In this document: positions 19,070 through 26,582 of the stretch, in pieces
How the letters are laid out: each line of letters begins with the position of its first letter
Position numbering within the stretch: the first letter of the stretch is position 1
NCBI GenBank assembly: GCA_963739205.1
Contig: CAVTZJ010000002.1
Coordinates: forward strand, 576,192-640,191
Source of the DNA: an uncultured Pseudomonadota bacterium
Lineage (GTDB): Bacteria; Pseudomonadota; Gammaproteobacteria; Burkholderiales; SG8-39
Length of the DNA stretch: 64,000 nucleotides
Reading direction: 5' to 3'
Program-made: the position numbers and the translations under genes
Notes under the pieces: model-generated
Databases searched by the model: none
Seen by the model: only the letters and a program-made list of their open reading frames with translations
Told to the model about the DNA's origin: nothing

Positions 19070-19909
19070 ATGGGTGCAGAACGCCACATTACAGACCACT
19101 ACAGCCGCGGCACGCTGCTTGCGCGCCTCGCCGCGGCGCTCGCCGAGGACGGCGTCGATCCCGCGCGGCCGAGCCTCGAGGCGCTCGCGGCGTACGACCA
19201 ATTCCACACTCGCGGCCTGGAAGCGACGCGCGAGCTCGCCGATCCGCTCGAGGTCGAGGCCGCACACCACCTGCTCGACGTCGGCAGCGGCATCGGCGGA
19301 CCCGCGCGCTACCTCGCGCGCCGCTTCGGCTGCCGCATCACCGGCATCGACCTCACGCCCGAGTTCTGCGAGGTCGCGCGCCACCTCACGGGCCTGCTCG
19401 ACCTCGCGGAGCGCGTGCGCTTCGAGCAGGGCGACGCGCTCGCGATGCCGTTCGCCGACGCGAGCTTCGAGGGCGCCTACTCGATGAACGTGTCGATGAA
19501 CATCGCCGACAAGGACGCGCTCTATCGCGAGATCTGGCGCGTGCTGAAGCCGGGTGGCTGGCTGATGCTGTCAGAAATCGCACGCGGGCCCGGGCCCGAG
19601 CCCGACTACCCGATGCCCTGGGCGGCGAGCGCCGCGGCGAGCTTCCTGGCCACGCCCGAGCAGACGCGGCGCGGGCTCGAGGCCGCCGGCTTCGAGATCC
19701 TGCGCTTGCGCAGCACCGCGGACGAGGCGCTCGCCTTCGGCGCGCGCTCGCGCGAGATCGTCGCGCGCGGCGAGAAGCCGCCGCATCGCGCGGTAATGCT
19801 CATCCACGGCGAAGGTGCGCGCGAGATCATGGCCAACACCTCGCGCGGCGTGGCGCAGGCGCGCATCGTGCCGATCGAGGCGCTGGCACGGCGGCGCCGA
19901 GCAGCCTAG
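19070..19909 (+). CDS. Class I SAM-dependent methyltransferase
   Basis: LLDVGSGIGGPARYLA motif I, LKPGGWLMLSE. An alternative in-frame ATG lies at 19034. Confidence 0.8.
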   Translation: MGAERHITDHYSRGTLLARLAAALAEDGVDPARPSLEALAAYDQFHTRGLEATRELADPLEVEAAHHLLDVGSGIGGPARYLARRFGCRITGIDLTPEFCEVARHLTGLLDLAERVRFEQGDALAMPFADASFEGAYSMNVSMNIADKDALYREIWRVLKPGGWLMLSEIARGPGPEPDYPMPWAASAAASFLATPEQTRRGLEAAGFEILRLRSTADEALAFGARSREIVARGEKPPHRAVMLIHGEGAREIMANTSRGVAQARIVPIEALARRRRAA

Positions 19910-20766
19910 TCTGCGAACTTCTTCTTGAAGTACGTGCGCGTCTGGGCCGCTTTCGCCCGGTCCATGTGCGGGCGGAACAGCGTCTCCACCGCGTACTTGA
20001 TGCGCTCGTAGTCGCCGTCGCAGTTCTTCGCGCGCCACTCCGGCAGGTAGCCCTTCGTGACGACGTCGGCGAACACTTTGGGCTGGCCGCCGTAGGCGAA
20101 GCAGAGCAGCGTATAGAAGCGCGCCTGCGTGAGCGGATGCTCTTCGGCCAGATCCTCCTTTTCGAAGGTCTTTTTCTGCTCCTCCGCCTTGCGCGCGTAC
20201 ATGTACGCCACGCCGCCGATCGCCGAGCGGGCGAACTTGGGCCCGAACTGCATCATAGTGTAGGCGGCCACCGCGTCGGCCGAGTCTTCTTCCGGCCCGA
20301 GCAGCGGCATGTGGTACTGGTGAAACAGCATGTGCGCGCCCTCGTGCAGGAACACTTCGGCCGTAGGTCCGATGATCGCGTCCTGACGCGTGATGCCGGC
20401 GGCGGTCGTTTCCGTCGGCGCGTGATCGACCACGTCCTGCAGGTACTCGTAGCAGGTCGTGATCGAATAGTCCTCGTCGTCCCACCACGCGTTGCGCACG
20501 CCGTCGCAGCCCTTCACGCGCAGCGTGATGGTACGCGGCAGCTTGAAGGGGCTGAGCACCATCCGGATCTGCTCGAGGAGCTGGCGCTCCTTGAGCACCT
20601 TGTACAGCTCCTCGAACTTCGCCTCCTTGGGCGGCACGTATTCGATCAGGATCTTGCCGGGCCTGTTCGGCGCCAGCTTCTCGGTGGCGGCGCTCGCGCC
20701 CGAGGCGAAGATCAGCCCGCCAATGGCGATGAAGAGGATTGCCACGAGTCTCGAAACAGCCGGCAT
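19906..20766 (-). CDS. Putative secreted metallopeptidase (DUF4344-like)
   Basis: Signal peptide. HEGAH (HExxH) followed by GPEEDSADAVAAY, as recalled for DUF4344. Confidence 0.7.
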   Translation of the reverse strand: MPAVSRLVAILFIAIGGLIFASGASAATEKLAPNRPGKILIEYVPPKEAKFEELYKVLKERQLLEQIRMVLSPFKLPRTITLRVKGCDGVRNAWWDDEDYSITTCYEYLQDVVDHAPTETTAAGITRQDAIIGPTAEVFLHEGAHMLFHQYHMPLLGPEEDSADAVAAYTMMQFGPKFARSAIGGVAYMYARKAEEQKKTFEKEDLAEEHPLTQARFYTLLCFAYGGQPKVFADVVTKGYLPEWRAKNCDGDYERIKYAVETLFRPHMDRAKAAQTRTYFKKKFAD

Positions 20767-20803
20767 CGGATTCTCCAGAGTCGACGGGCGCGCGCAGCGC
20801 TGC

Positions 20804-21016
20804 TTACTTCTTGGGGTCTTTCGCGTAGTCGCTCTCTTTCTTCTTCGGGTCCTTGGCGTAATCGCTTTCCTTCTTCTTGTTCGATTCCTTGGCGTAGTCG
20901 CTCTCCTTCATCGACTCTTTCGCGTGCTCGCTCTCCTTCATTTTCTCTGCGGAGATGGCGATAGTGCTGCTGGCCGCGAACAGCGCGGCGACGAGGACGG
21001 ACAACAATGTTTTCAT
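20804..21016 (-). CDS. Small secreted Lys/Glu-rich repeat protein
   Basis: Signal peptide MKTLLSVLVAALFAASSTIAISA, then KESxxAKES / KKKESDYAKDPKK tandem repeats. Confidence 0.5.
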   Translation of the reverse strand: MKTLLSVLVAALFAASSTIAISAEKMKESEHAKESMKESDYAKESNKKKESDYAKDPKKKESDYAKDPKK

Positions 21017-21133
21017 GTAGGACTCCCGGTGGAGGTAGGGGTCGGGGGGCTGCAACTGCGCGTAGCCGGCACATGCTAGGCGGGACGTCACCCCCGGGAT
21101 TTGATCTATGTCAACATGTTGTCAGCCGGCTAT

Positions 21134-22384
21134 TTACACTCCACGCGTCGCAAGCGATGCGAGCCGGCGCTGCAGGAAGCGGCGCACGGCGGGATCGGAC
21201 TCCAGGCCGACCGCGCGCCGGTAGGCCTGCGCGGCGTCCGCGCCCCGGCCGCTCTGCGCGAGCAGCGCGGCGCGCGCCGCCCAGTACGGCTGGTAATCGA
21301 GCAGGCGCGCGTCGGGCTCGAGCGCCTCGAGCGCGGCGAGGCCCGCCGGCGCGCCGCGCGCGCCGGCGATCGCGACCGCGCGGTTGATCGCCACGACGGG
21401 CGAGGCGGTGAGCGCGAGCAACGCGTCGTACAGCCGCTCGATCGTCGCCCAGTCGGTGCGGCCCGTCACGCGCCGCGCGGCGTGCGCCGACTGCACGGCG
21501 GCTTCGAGCTGCAAGCGGCCGATCGTGCCCAGGCCGCTCGCGCGCCGCAGCAGCTCTTCCGCCTCGTCGATCAGCGCGCCGTCCCAGGCCGCCGGGTCCT
21601 GCTCGTCCAGCGGCACGTACTCGCCCGCGGCGTCGCGCCGAGCGTCGCGCCGCGCCTCGGCGTGCAGCATGAGCGCGAGCAGGCCGAGCGCCTCGGGCTC
21701 GCCGGGCAGCAGCGAAGCGACCAGGCGTCCGAGCCAGATCCCCTCCTGCGACAGGTTGTGCCGGCGCGCGGCCGTGCCCGCGGGATCGGACCAGCCTTCG
21801 GCGTAGGCCGTGTAGATCGCCTCGAGCACCGCGTCGAGGCGCTCGCCCAGGTCCTGCATCTCGGGCACGCGGAACGGGACGCCCGCCAGCCGGATGCGGC
21901 TCTTGGCGCGCACCAGCCGCTGGCCCATGGTCGTCGGCGAGACGAGAAAGGCGGAAGCGATCGTCGCGGCGTCGAAGCCGAGGATCGTCTGCAGGATGAG
22001 CGGCGCGCGCACGCCGGGCTCGATCGCCGGGTGCGCGCAGGCGAACATGAGGCGCAGCCGGTCGTCGGGAATTTCGCCTTGCACGGCGGAGTCGCCCTGT
22101 GCGTCGTCCGCCGCGAGCAGGAGCTCTTCGGTCGCCTGCTCGGCGGTCGTCCTGCGGCGTGCGGCGTCGATCAGCTTGCGGCGCGCGACCGTGAGCAGCC
22201 AGGCCTCGGGCGCGCGCGGCACGCCGCTCGCCGGCCAGTCGGCGAGCGCCGCAGCAAAGGCCTCGGACAGCGCGTCCTCGGCCCCCGCGACGTCGCGCGT
22301 GCGCGCGGCGAGATAGGCCACGAGCTTGCCGTAGCTCGCGCGCGCGACCGCCTCGGCGGTGCGCCGGACCGTCTCGTCGCTCAC
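21134..22384 (-). CDS. ECF42-type RNA polymerase sigma factor with C-terminal TPR-like extension (COG4941-like)
   Basis: Region 2 AEDALSEAFAAALADWPASGVPRAPEAWLLTVARRKLIDAARRR. Region 4, then a long C-terminal extension. GTG start overlaps the YCII stop (GTGA). Confidence 0.85.
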   Translation of the reverse strand: MSDETVRRTAEAVARASYGKLVAYLAARTRDVAGAEDALSEAFAAALADWPASGVPRAPEAWLLTVARRKLIDAARRRTTAEQATEELLLAADDAQGDSAVQGEIPDDRLRLMFACAHPAIEPGVRAPLILQTILGFDAATIASAFLVSPTTMGQRLVRAKSRIRLAGVPFRVPEMQDLGERLDAVLEAIYTAYAEGWSDPAGTAARRHNLSQEGIWLGRLVASLLPGEPEALGLLALMLHAEARRDARRDAAGEYVPLDEQDPAAWDGALIDEAEELLRRASGLGTIGRLQLEAAVQSAHAARRVTGRTDWATIERLYDALLALTASPVVAINRAVAIAGARGAPAGLAALEALEPDARLLDYQPYWAARAALLAQSGRGADAAQAYRRAVGLESDPAVRRFLQRRLASLATRGV

Positions 22385-22728
22385 ATCGTCCAGATCGGGC
22401 GCACTTCCACCGTGCCGTGGCTCGCGCCGGGGCAACGCGCGGCCCAGGAGATCGCCGCGTCGAGGTCCGGCGCCTCGATCATGAAATACCCGCCGAGCTG
22501 CTCCTTGGTCTCGGCGTAGGGACCGTTCAGCACCTGCGTCTTGCCGTTCGAGGCGCGCACCGTGGTGGCGGCCTCGCTCGGCTTCAGGCGGTTGCCGCCC
22601 ACGATCACCCCGGCCTTCCTGAGCGCCTCGCCGTAGGCGGTGTAGGCCGCTAGCGTCGTCTCGATCTCGGCCTTGCTGCGCCCCTGCATCTGCTTTTCGT
22701 TGCTGTAAATCAGTAGCATGTATTGCAT
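22381..22728 (-). CDS. YCII-related (DGPF) domain protein
   Basis: MQYMLLIYSNE..., NGPYAETKEQLGGYFMIEAPDLDAAISWAARCP. Confidence 0.85.
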   Translation of the reverse strand: MQYMLLIYSNEKQMQGRSKAEIETTLAAYTAYGEALRKAGVIVGGNRLKPSEAATTVRASNGKTQVLNGPYAETKEQLGGYFMIEAPDLDAAISWAARCPGASHGTVEVRPIWTM

Positions 22729-22824
22729 GGCGGTCTCCTTGTCGCGTCGTGGCGGGCATTATGCGCCGCCCGACATTGACGTTCGGAGCCGCCCCGCTTC
22801 GACGGGCAGCCTCGCCTTCGCTGG

Positions 22825-23064
22825 CTAGAAGCGCTCTCCGGAAATGAACTCGCGCTTCAGGCGGGCGACCTGGCGCCTGAGCGCCTCGATCTCCGCCTGG
22901 GCGGCCCGGACCTTTAGCACCAACTCGTCGTCCGCTGCGCCGTCACCCTGCGCGACCCGGCGGGCCGAGAGCTCTTCATGGACCACGCGATGACGCTCGA
23001 TGGCCGCGTTCCAGCGTTCGACCAGTTGCTGCTCCTGCCGTCTCCAAACCGCGAGCTTCTGCAT
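22825..23064 (-). CDS. Hypothetical small coiled-coil protein
   Basis: 79-aa ORF from ATG 23064 with a heptad-like Arg/Glu/Ala sequence. Weak support. Confidence 0.35.
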   Translation of the reverse strand: MQKLAVWRRQEQQLVERWNAAIERHRVVHEELSARRVAQGDGAADDELVLKVRAAQAEIEALRRQVARLKREFISGERF

Positions 23065-23093
23065 GCGATCGGCGCCTCCCAAAGTCGTGCGAT

Positions 23094-23723
23094 TCAGATC
23101 TGCGCGAGGGCCCTGCCGCCCCAAGTCGCCCAGTATTCGTCCGCGCGCTTCTCCACGCGCAGCTGCAGCACCATGGCGGGATCCGCGCCCGCCACGCTGC
23201 GCGCCTTGTCCTCGGGCAGCGCGCCCTCGATGCGCTCGCCGTAGACCAGCACGCCCTCGGCAATGCCGCGCTCCGCGGCCTTCAGGCAATGCTCCAGCCG
23301 TTCCTGGCCTCCGGGCGAATCCGACCAGGGGCGCGAGCCCTCGACGTTCGGCGCCCAGAGCAGGTACTGGCACGCGCCGTCGGCCGCCTTCACGTCATCG
23401 GCCCACAGCACCAGCACCACCGTGCCGTCGCTCGGCCTCACGCCGCCGCGGCTCCAGAACGGGTTGCGCAGGGTGACGCCGCGCAGGCCGAGCGCCTGCG
23501 TGCGCGACACCAGGTGCCGCGCCTCGCCTTTGGGCCTGGGCTTGCGTGGCGCCGGCGGCCGCCCGCGGGGCCGCGCGTCGAGCACCTCGTCGCACACCGC
23601 CGCGATCTCGGACTCGGCCAGGCGCAGCGCGTTGGCGTGCAACTGGCGCACCTCTTCCGTGCTCAACGACTCGATCTTCTCGCGGGTCCACAGCTCGACC
23701 CGCGCGCGCTGGAATTTCTGCAT
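23094..23723 (-). CDS. Hypothetical protein (209 aa)
   Basis: Protein-like composition, no recognisable motif. Preceded by an intrinsic terminator, so probably its own transcription unit. Confidence 0.55.
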   Translation of the reverse strand: MQKFQRARVELWTREKIESLSTEEVRQLHANALRLAESEIAAVCDEVLDARPRGRPPAPRKPRPKGEARHLVSRTQALGLRGVTLRNPFWSRGGVRPSDGTVVLVLWADDVKAADGACQYLLWAPNVEGSRPWSDSPGGQERLEHCLKAAERGIAEGVLVYGERIEGALPEDKARSVAGADPAMVLQLRVEKRADEYWATWGGRALAQI

Positions 23724-23750
23724 GATTTCCGTCCTAGCCGAACATGAAAC

Positions 23751-23775
23751 AAAAAAGCCCGGTTTCCCGGGCTTC
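23751..23775 (-). terminator. Rho-independent terminator
   Basis: On the minus strand: GCCCGG-GAAA-CCGGGC followed by TTTTTT. Confidence 0.6.
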
Positions 23776-23936
23776 GATTGCGCTCGTCGGAGAAATCACT
23801 CCGCCGACCGGATATTGATCGCGCGCGGCCCTTTGGGCCCTTCGGCGGTCTCGAACTGCACCTTCTGGTGCCAGATCGTTATACAGGCCGGGGAGCAGCG
23901 GGTCAATGAAACTAATTTGATGCCCTGCGCAGCCGC

Positions 23937-24764
23937 TCACCTGCGCTTCTTCGTTTTCGATCTTCGCGGCAAGGGCGCCGGGTTCGGTATCTCCTCCGCG
24001 ACGACGAAGGCGCCGCCCTGGTACAGCTCCGCGGTCGGATCGCCCGGCTTCTCGCGCGCGAGCACTTCCTTGGCGAAAGCTTCCGAGTCGTCGCGCGGCT
24101 CGTAGCCGAGCCGGAAGGCGTTCGAGTTGTCGTACCAGCCGCGCGTGTTGTTCGACACGCCGTACACGATCTCGAAGCGGATGTCGGGATGCTCGATGCC
24201 GATCGTCACGAGCTGCGCGAGGTCGCGCGGCGAGAGCCAGATCGACAGGCGCCGCCTGTCGATCGGCGCCGGATTGACGTTGCCGATGCGGATGCACAGC
24301 ACCTGCATGTCGTACTTGTCCGCGTACAGGCTCGCGAGCGCCTCGCCGAACACCTTCGACACGCCGTAGCGGCTGTCGGGCTTCGGATAGACGCGGTGGT
24401 CGATCAGGTGCTCGCGGCGGTAGAAGCCGGCCGCGTGGTTGGACGAAGGAAACACGATGCGCTTGACGCCATTCCTGCGCGCCGCTTCGAACACGTTGTA
24501 GCAGCCGACGATGTTCGCCGACAGGATCTCCGGCCACGGACCCTCGACCGAGTAGCCGCCGAGGTGCACCACGGCGTCGACGCCCTTCGTGATGCGCAGC
24601 GCGTCGGCGAGCTTCGAGACGTCGGCGCGCACGAAGCGCTCCGCCTTGTCGAATTTCTTCAGCGGACGGAGGTCGGACACCCTGAGCGCGTACCGCCCGG
24701 CGAGCTCGCGCCGAAGATGGGTGCCGACGTCTCCCGCGGCACCGGTGATGAGCACGGTCTTCAT
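23937..24764 (-). CDS. NAD-dependent epimerase/dehydratase (uronate dehydrogenase-like SDR)
   Basis: ITGAAGDVGTHL Rossmann motif, SSNHAAGFY, YGVSK catalytic pair. Confidence 0.85.
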   Translation of the reverse strand: MKTVLITGAAGDVGTHLRRELAGRYALRVSDLRPLKKFDKAERFVRADVSKLADALRITKGVDAVVHLGGYSVEGPWPEILSANIVGCYNVFEAARRNGVKRIVFPSSNHAAGFYRREHLIDHRVYPKPDSRYGVSKVFGEALASLYADKYDMQVLCIRIGNVNPAPIDRRRLSIWLSPRDLAQLVTIGIEHPDIRFEIVYGVSNNTRGWYDNSNAFRLGYEPRDDSEAFAKEVLAREKPGDPTAELYQGGAFVVAEEIPNPAPLPRRSKTKKRR

Positions 24765-25075
24765 GCGCCGACGGACTGCACGACTTCGACGAAGTCGCGG
24801 CTGCGCTTCACCCTGTCGCCCCAGGCCTGGTCGAATTCCCCCACGAGGCGTTTCAGCGCCTCCGATCCCTGGATCGCGCGCGCACGTCCGATGTCGTCGA
24901 ACTCGTAGAAGGCGTAGTGCACGCCCTCGTCAGCGTCGCTCCAGCCGCGCCACGCGCGGCGCGCGCCGAACGCCTTGAGCGCGTCGGGCAGGTGCTCCTC
25001 CTGGTACCAGCGGTCGAAGGCGTCCTCGATGCTGGCGTCGACGACCTGGGCGCGCACGATGAAACAGGCAGTCAT
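24761..25075 (-). CDS. Small dimeric alpha/beta-barrel protein (EthD/DUF4286-like)
   Basis: 104 aa. Its stop overlaps the downstream ATG (ATGA). Family assignment is from general resemblance only. Confidence 0.5.
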   Translation of the reverse strand: MTACFIVRAQVVDASIEDAFDRWYQEEHLPDALKAFGARRAWRGWSDADEGVHYAFYEFDDIGRARAIQGSEALKRLVGEFDQAWGDRVKRSRDFVEVVQSVGA

Positions 25076-25172
25076 GTCGGCCTCCTCCCCGGATGTCCCT
25101 GCAACGGCGTGCGCTAGCCTACACCCTGAGCGAACCCGCTAGTCGATCGCCCAGAATGATCCTGCTGTTCGA

Positions 25173-25919
25173 TCAGGTCGATAGCAGACGCGGCACCCGG
25201 CTGCGCAGGCCTGCGTACTGTTTTTTGATGTAGCGATAGCACTCGCAGGCCTTTCGCTCGAGCCGTCGCTCGTCGAGAACGGCGACGCGCCCGCGCCGAT
25301 AGCGGATCAACCCGGCGTTTCGCAGGCCCGCGGCGGCGTTCGAGACACCGGAGCGCCGCGCTCCCAGCATCGCGGCGATGGACGCGTGCGACATCACGCA
25401 ATCGTCCGGATAGGCGTAGTCGTGCATCGTCAAGATCCAGCGCGCGACGCGCTGCTCCACGCTATGGTGCTGGCTGCAGGCGACCAGTTGGCTGATCACG
25501 GCCAGGAGCACCTGCGTGTAGTGGATCAGCACCCGCTGCAGCGGGCTGCCGAACTGAAGCTCCGCTTTCAGGTCCCTGGATCTCATTCGCAGCGCGCGGC
25601 CGGCAAGCTGCACGATCGCCTTGTCGGGCGTGCTGAGGCCGCCCAGGAAGATGTTGATGCCCGTCATTCCTTCGCTGCCGATGACGCCGACCTCGACCGT
25701 GCGGTCGTCCTTCGTGGTGTCCACCATGGCGACCACGGCGTCCTCCGGGAAATACACGTACTCGATGTCCTGCCCGGCTCGATACAGGACCGTGCCGTGC
25801 GCCAGCTCGACGTGTTCCATCTTGGCGACCAGACGCCGGTATTCCGTACGCAGGAGCGCGCTGAGGATGCCGTTGCTTACGGCTACTGCCCTGCCGGACG
25901 ACCGGCTGTTGCGTGTCAT
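25173..25919 (-). CDS. Crp/Fnr family transcriptional regulator
   Basis: cNMP-binding-like N-terminus (VYFPEDAVVAMV...VEVGVIGSEGMTG). C-terminal HTH SHASIAAMLGARRSGVSNAAAGLRNAGLI. Paralog of 26583-27335. Confidence 0.85.
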   Translation of the reverse strand: MTRNSRSSGRAVAVSNGILSALLRTEYRRLVAKMEHVELAHGTVLYRAGQDIEYVYFPEDAVVAMVDTTKDDRTVEVGVIGSEGMTGINIFLGGLSTPDKAIVQLAGRALRMRSRDLKAELQFGSPLQRVLIHYTQVLLAVISQLVACSQHHSVEQRVARWILTMHDYAYPDDCVMSHASIAAMLGARRSGVSNAAAGLRNAGLIRYRRGRVAVLDERRLERKACECYRYIKKQYAGLRSRVPRLLST

Positions 25920-26365
25920 ATCGCGCGCCGGGGCGCCACGTATTCTATTCCGGAGCGCTCGATGGCTATGAGCGCGGGAAGCACGTCGCCGCGAACGATG
26001 GCGAGCGGCGCGACGATCGCGCCATCGGCGCATTGGACGTTGGTCGCTCCCCCGCAAAATCTCTGCTTCGCCAGGTCGATCGACACGGAAATCTGCTCGC
26101 CCCGCCTATTCGTCGTGAAGATCGGGATGAGGCAAGCGAGCGCAGCCGCCGCGATGTCCAGCGCGCAAGCATATTCGTGCGGGGACAGCAGTTCTTCGCA
26201 GGTGCGGCGCGTCTGGTGGAACGTAAAAGCTGCCGCCACGGAAAGCGGCACCAGGGACTCCTGGCTGCCGCTCCATATCTGCGCGACCTGCGCGCAGTCT
26301 TTGCGCAGGTCTACCACGGCCAGAAAAAAGACCCCGCCTGGGAAGGCGGGGTCGGATTCCCACAT
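25916..26365 (-). CDS. Hypothetical protein, translationally coupled to the downstream Crp/Fnr gene; true start uncertain
   Basis: High GC3 and protein-like composition from about 26300 downward. Stop overlaps the Crp ATG (ATGA). ATG 26365 has no SD, and codons 5-15 form a terminator-like hairpin. Confidence 0.45.
   Translation of the reverse strand: MWESDPAFPGGVFFLAVVDLRKDCAQVAQIWSGSQESLVPLSVAAAFTFHQTRRTCEELLSPHEYACALDIAAAALACLIPIFTTNRRGEQISVSIDLAKQRFCGGATNVQCADGAIVAPLAIVRGDVLPALIAIERSGIEYVAPRRAI
26324..26353 (-). terminator. Rho-independent terminator-like hairpin + U6
   Basis: On the minus strand: GACCCCGCC-TTCCCA-GGCGGGGTC followed by TTTTTT. Confidence 0.5.
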
Positions 26366-26455
26366 ACGCTATAAAGGGAGGGAGGAGGCACGTATGTAAG
26401 GGACAAACAGACAAAAAGCAGTGCGCGTTGATCCATCCAGAGCCTGTTTGCCGCA
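26324..26455 (-). ncRNA. Candidate small RNA or 5' leader (C/U-rich anti-SD-like tract + intrinsic terminator)
   Basis: Lower-GC intergenic stretch. CCUCCUCCCUCCCUUU (26373-26388) lies upstream of the terminator and downstream of the Crp-type palindrome. The 5' end is not defined. Confidence 0.3.
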
Positions 26456-26485
26456 TTAAGTTTCGCTCTTTCGCCTTCGCAGCTC

Positions 26486-26501
26486 TGTGCGCTAGCGCAC
26501 A
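26486..26501. promoter_or_regulatory. Crp/Fnr-type operator candidate
   Basis: Perfect 16-bp palindrome TGTGCGCTAGCGCACA (TGTG-N8-CACA) between the divergent Crp/Fnr paralogs. Confidence 0.5.
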
Positions 26502-26582
26502 CAATGAATATACTTTTCGCACCGTAAACCTGGTCATCCGGAACTCTGGAACGGTTCCGCGCCAGGGAATTCGAGGAGACCC

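Noticed and set aside
18427-20964. An 845-aa plus-strand ORF.
   Set aside because: It runs antisense or out of frame across the MBL, methyltransferase and DUF4344 genes. It has no motifs and junk composition.
21112-21121. The palindrome CAACATGTTG upstream of the KESDYAK-repeat gene.
   Set aside because: It is only 10 bp with no second copy. It is noted only as context.
22770-22775. TGTCGG (minus strand) upstream of the first DGPF gene as an ECF42 -35 box.
   Set aside because: It has one mismatch to the remembered TGTCGA, and no convincing CGAC/CGTC element at the spacing seen in module 2.
26393-26398. An ATG-TAA start-stop mini-ORF on the plus strand behind a very strong SD (GGAGGAGG).
   Set aside because: It could be a regulatory start-stop element. 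The same bases are more economically explained as the C/U-rich tract of a minus-strand RNA. It is mentioned under that finding.
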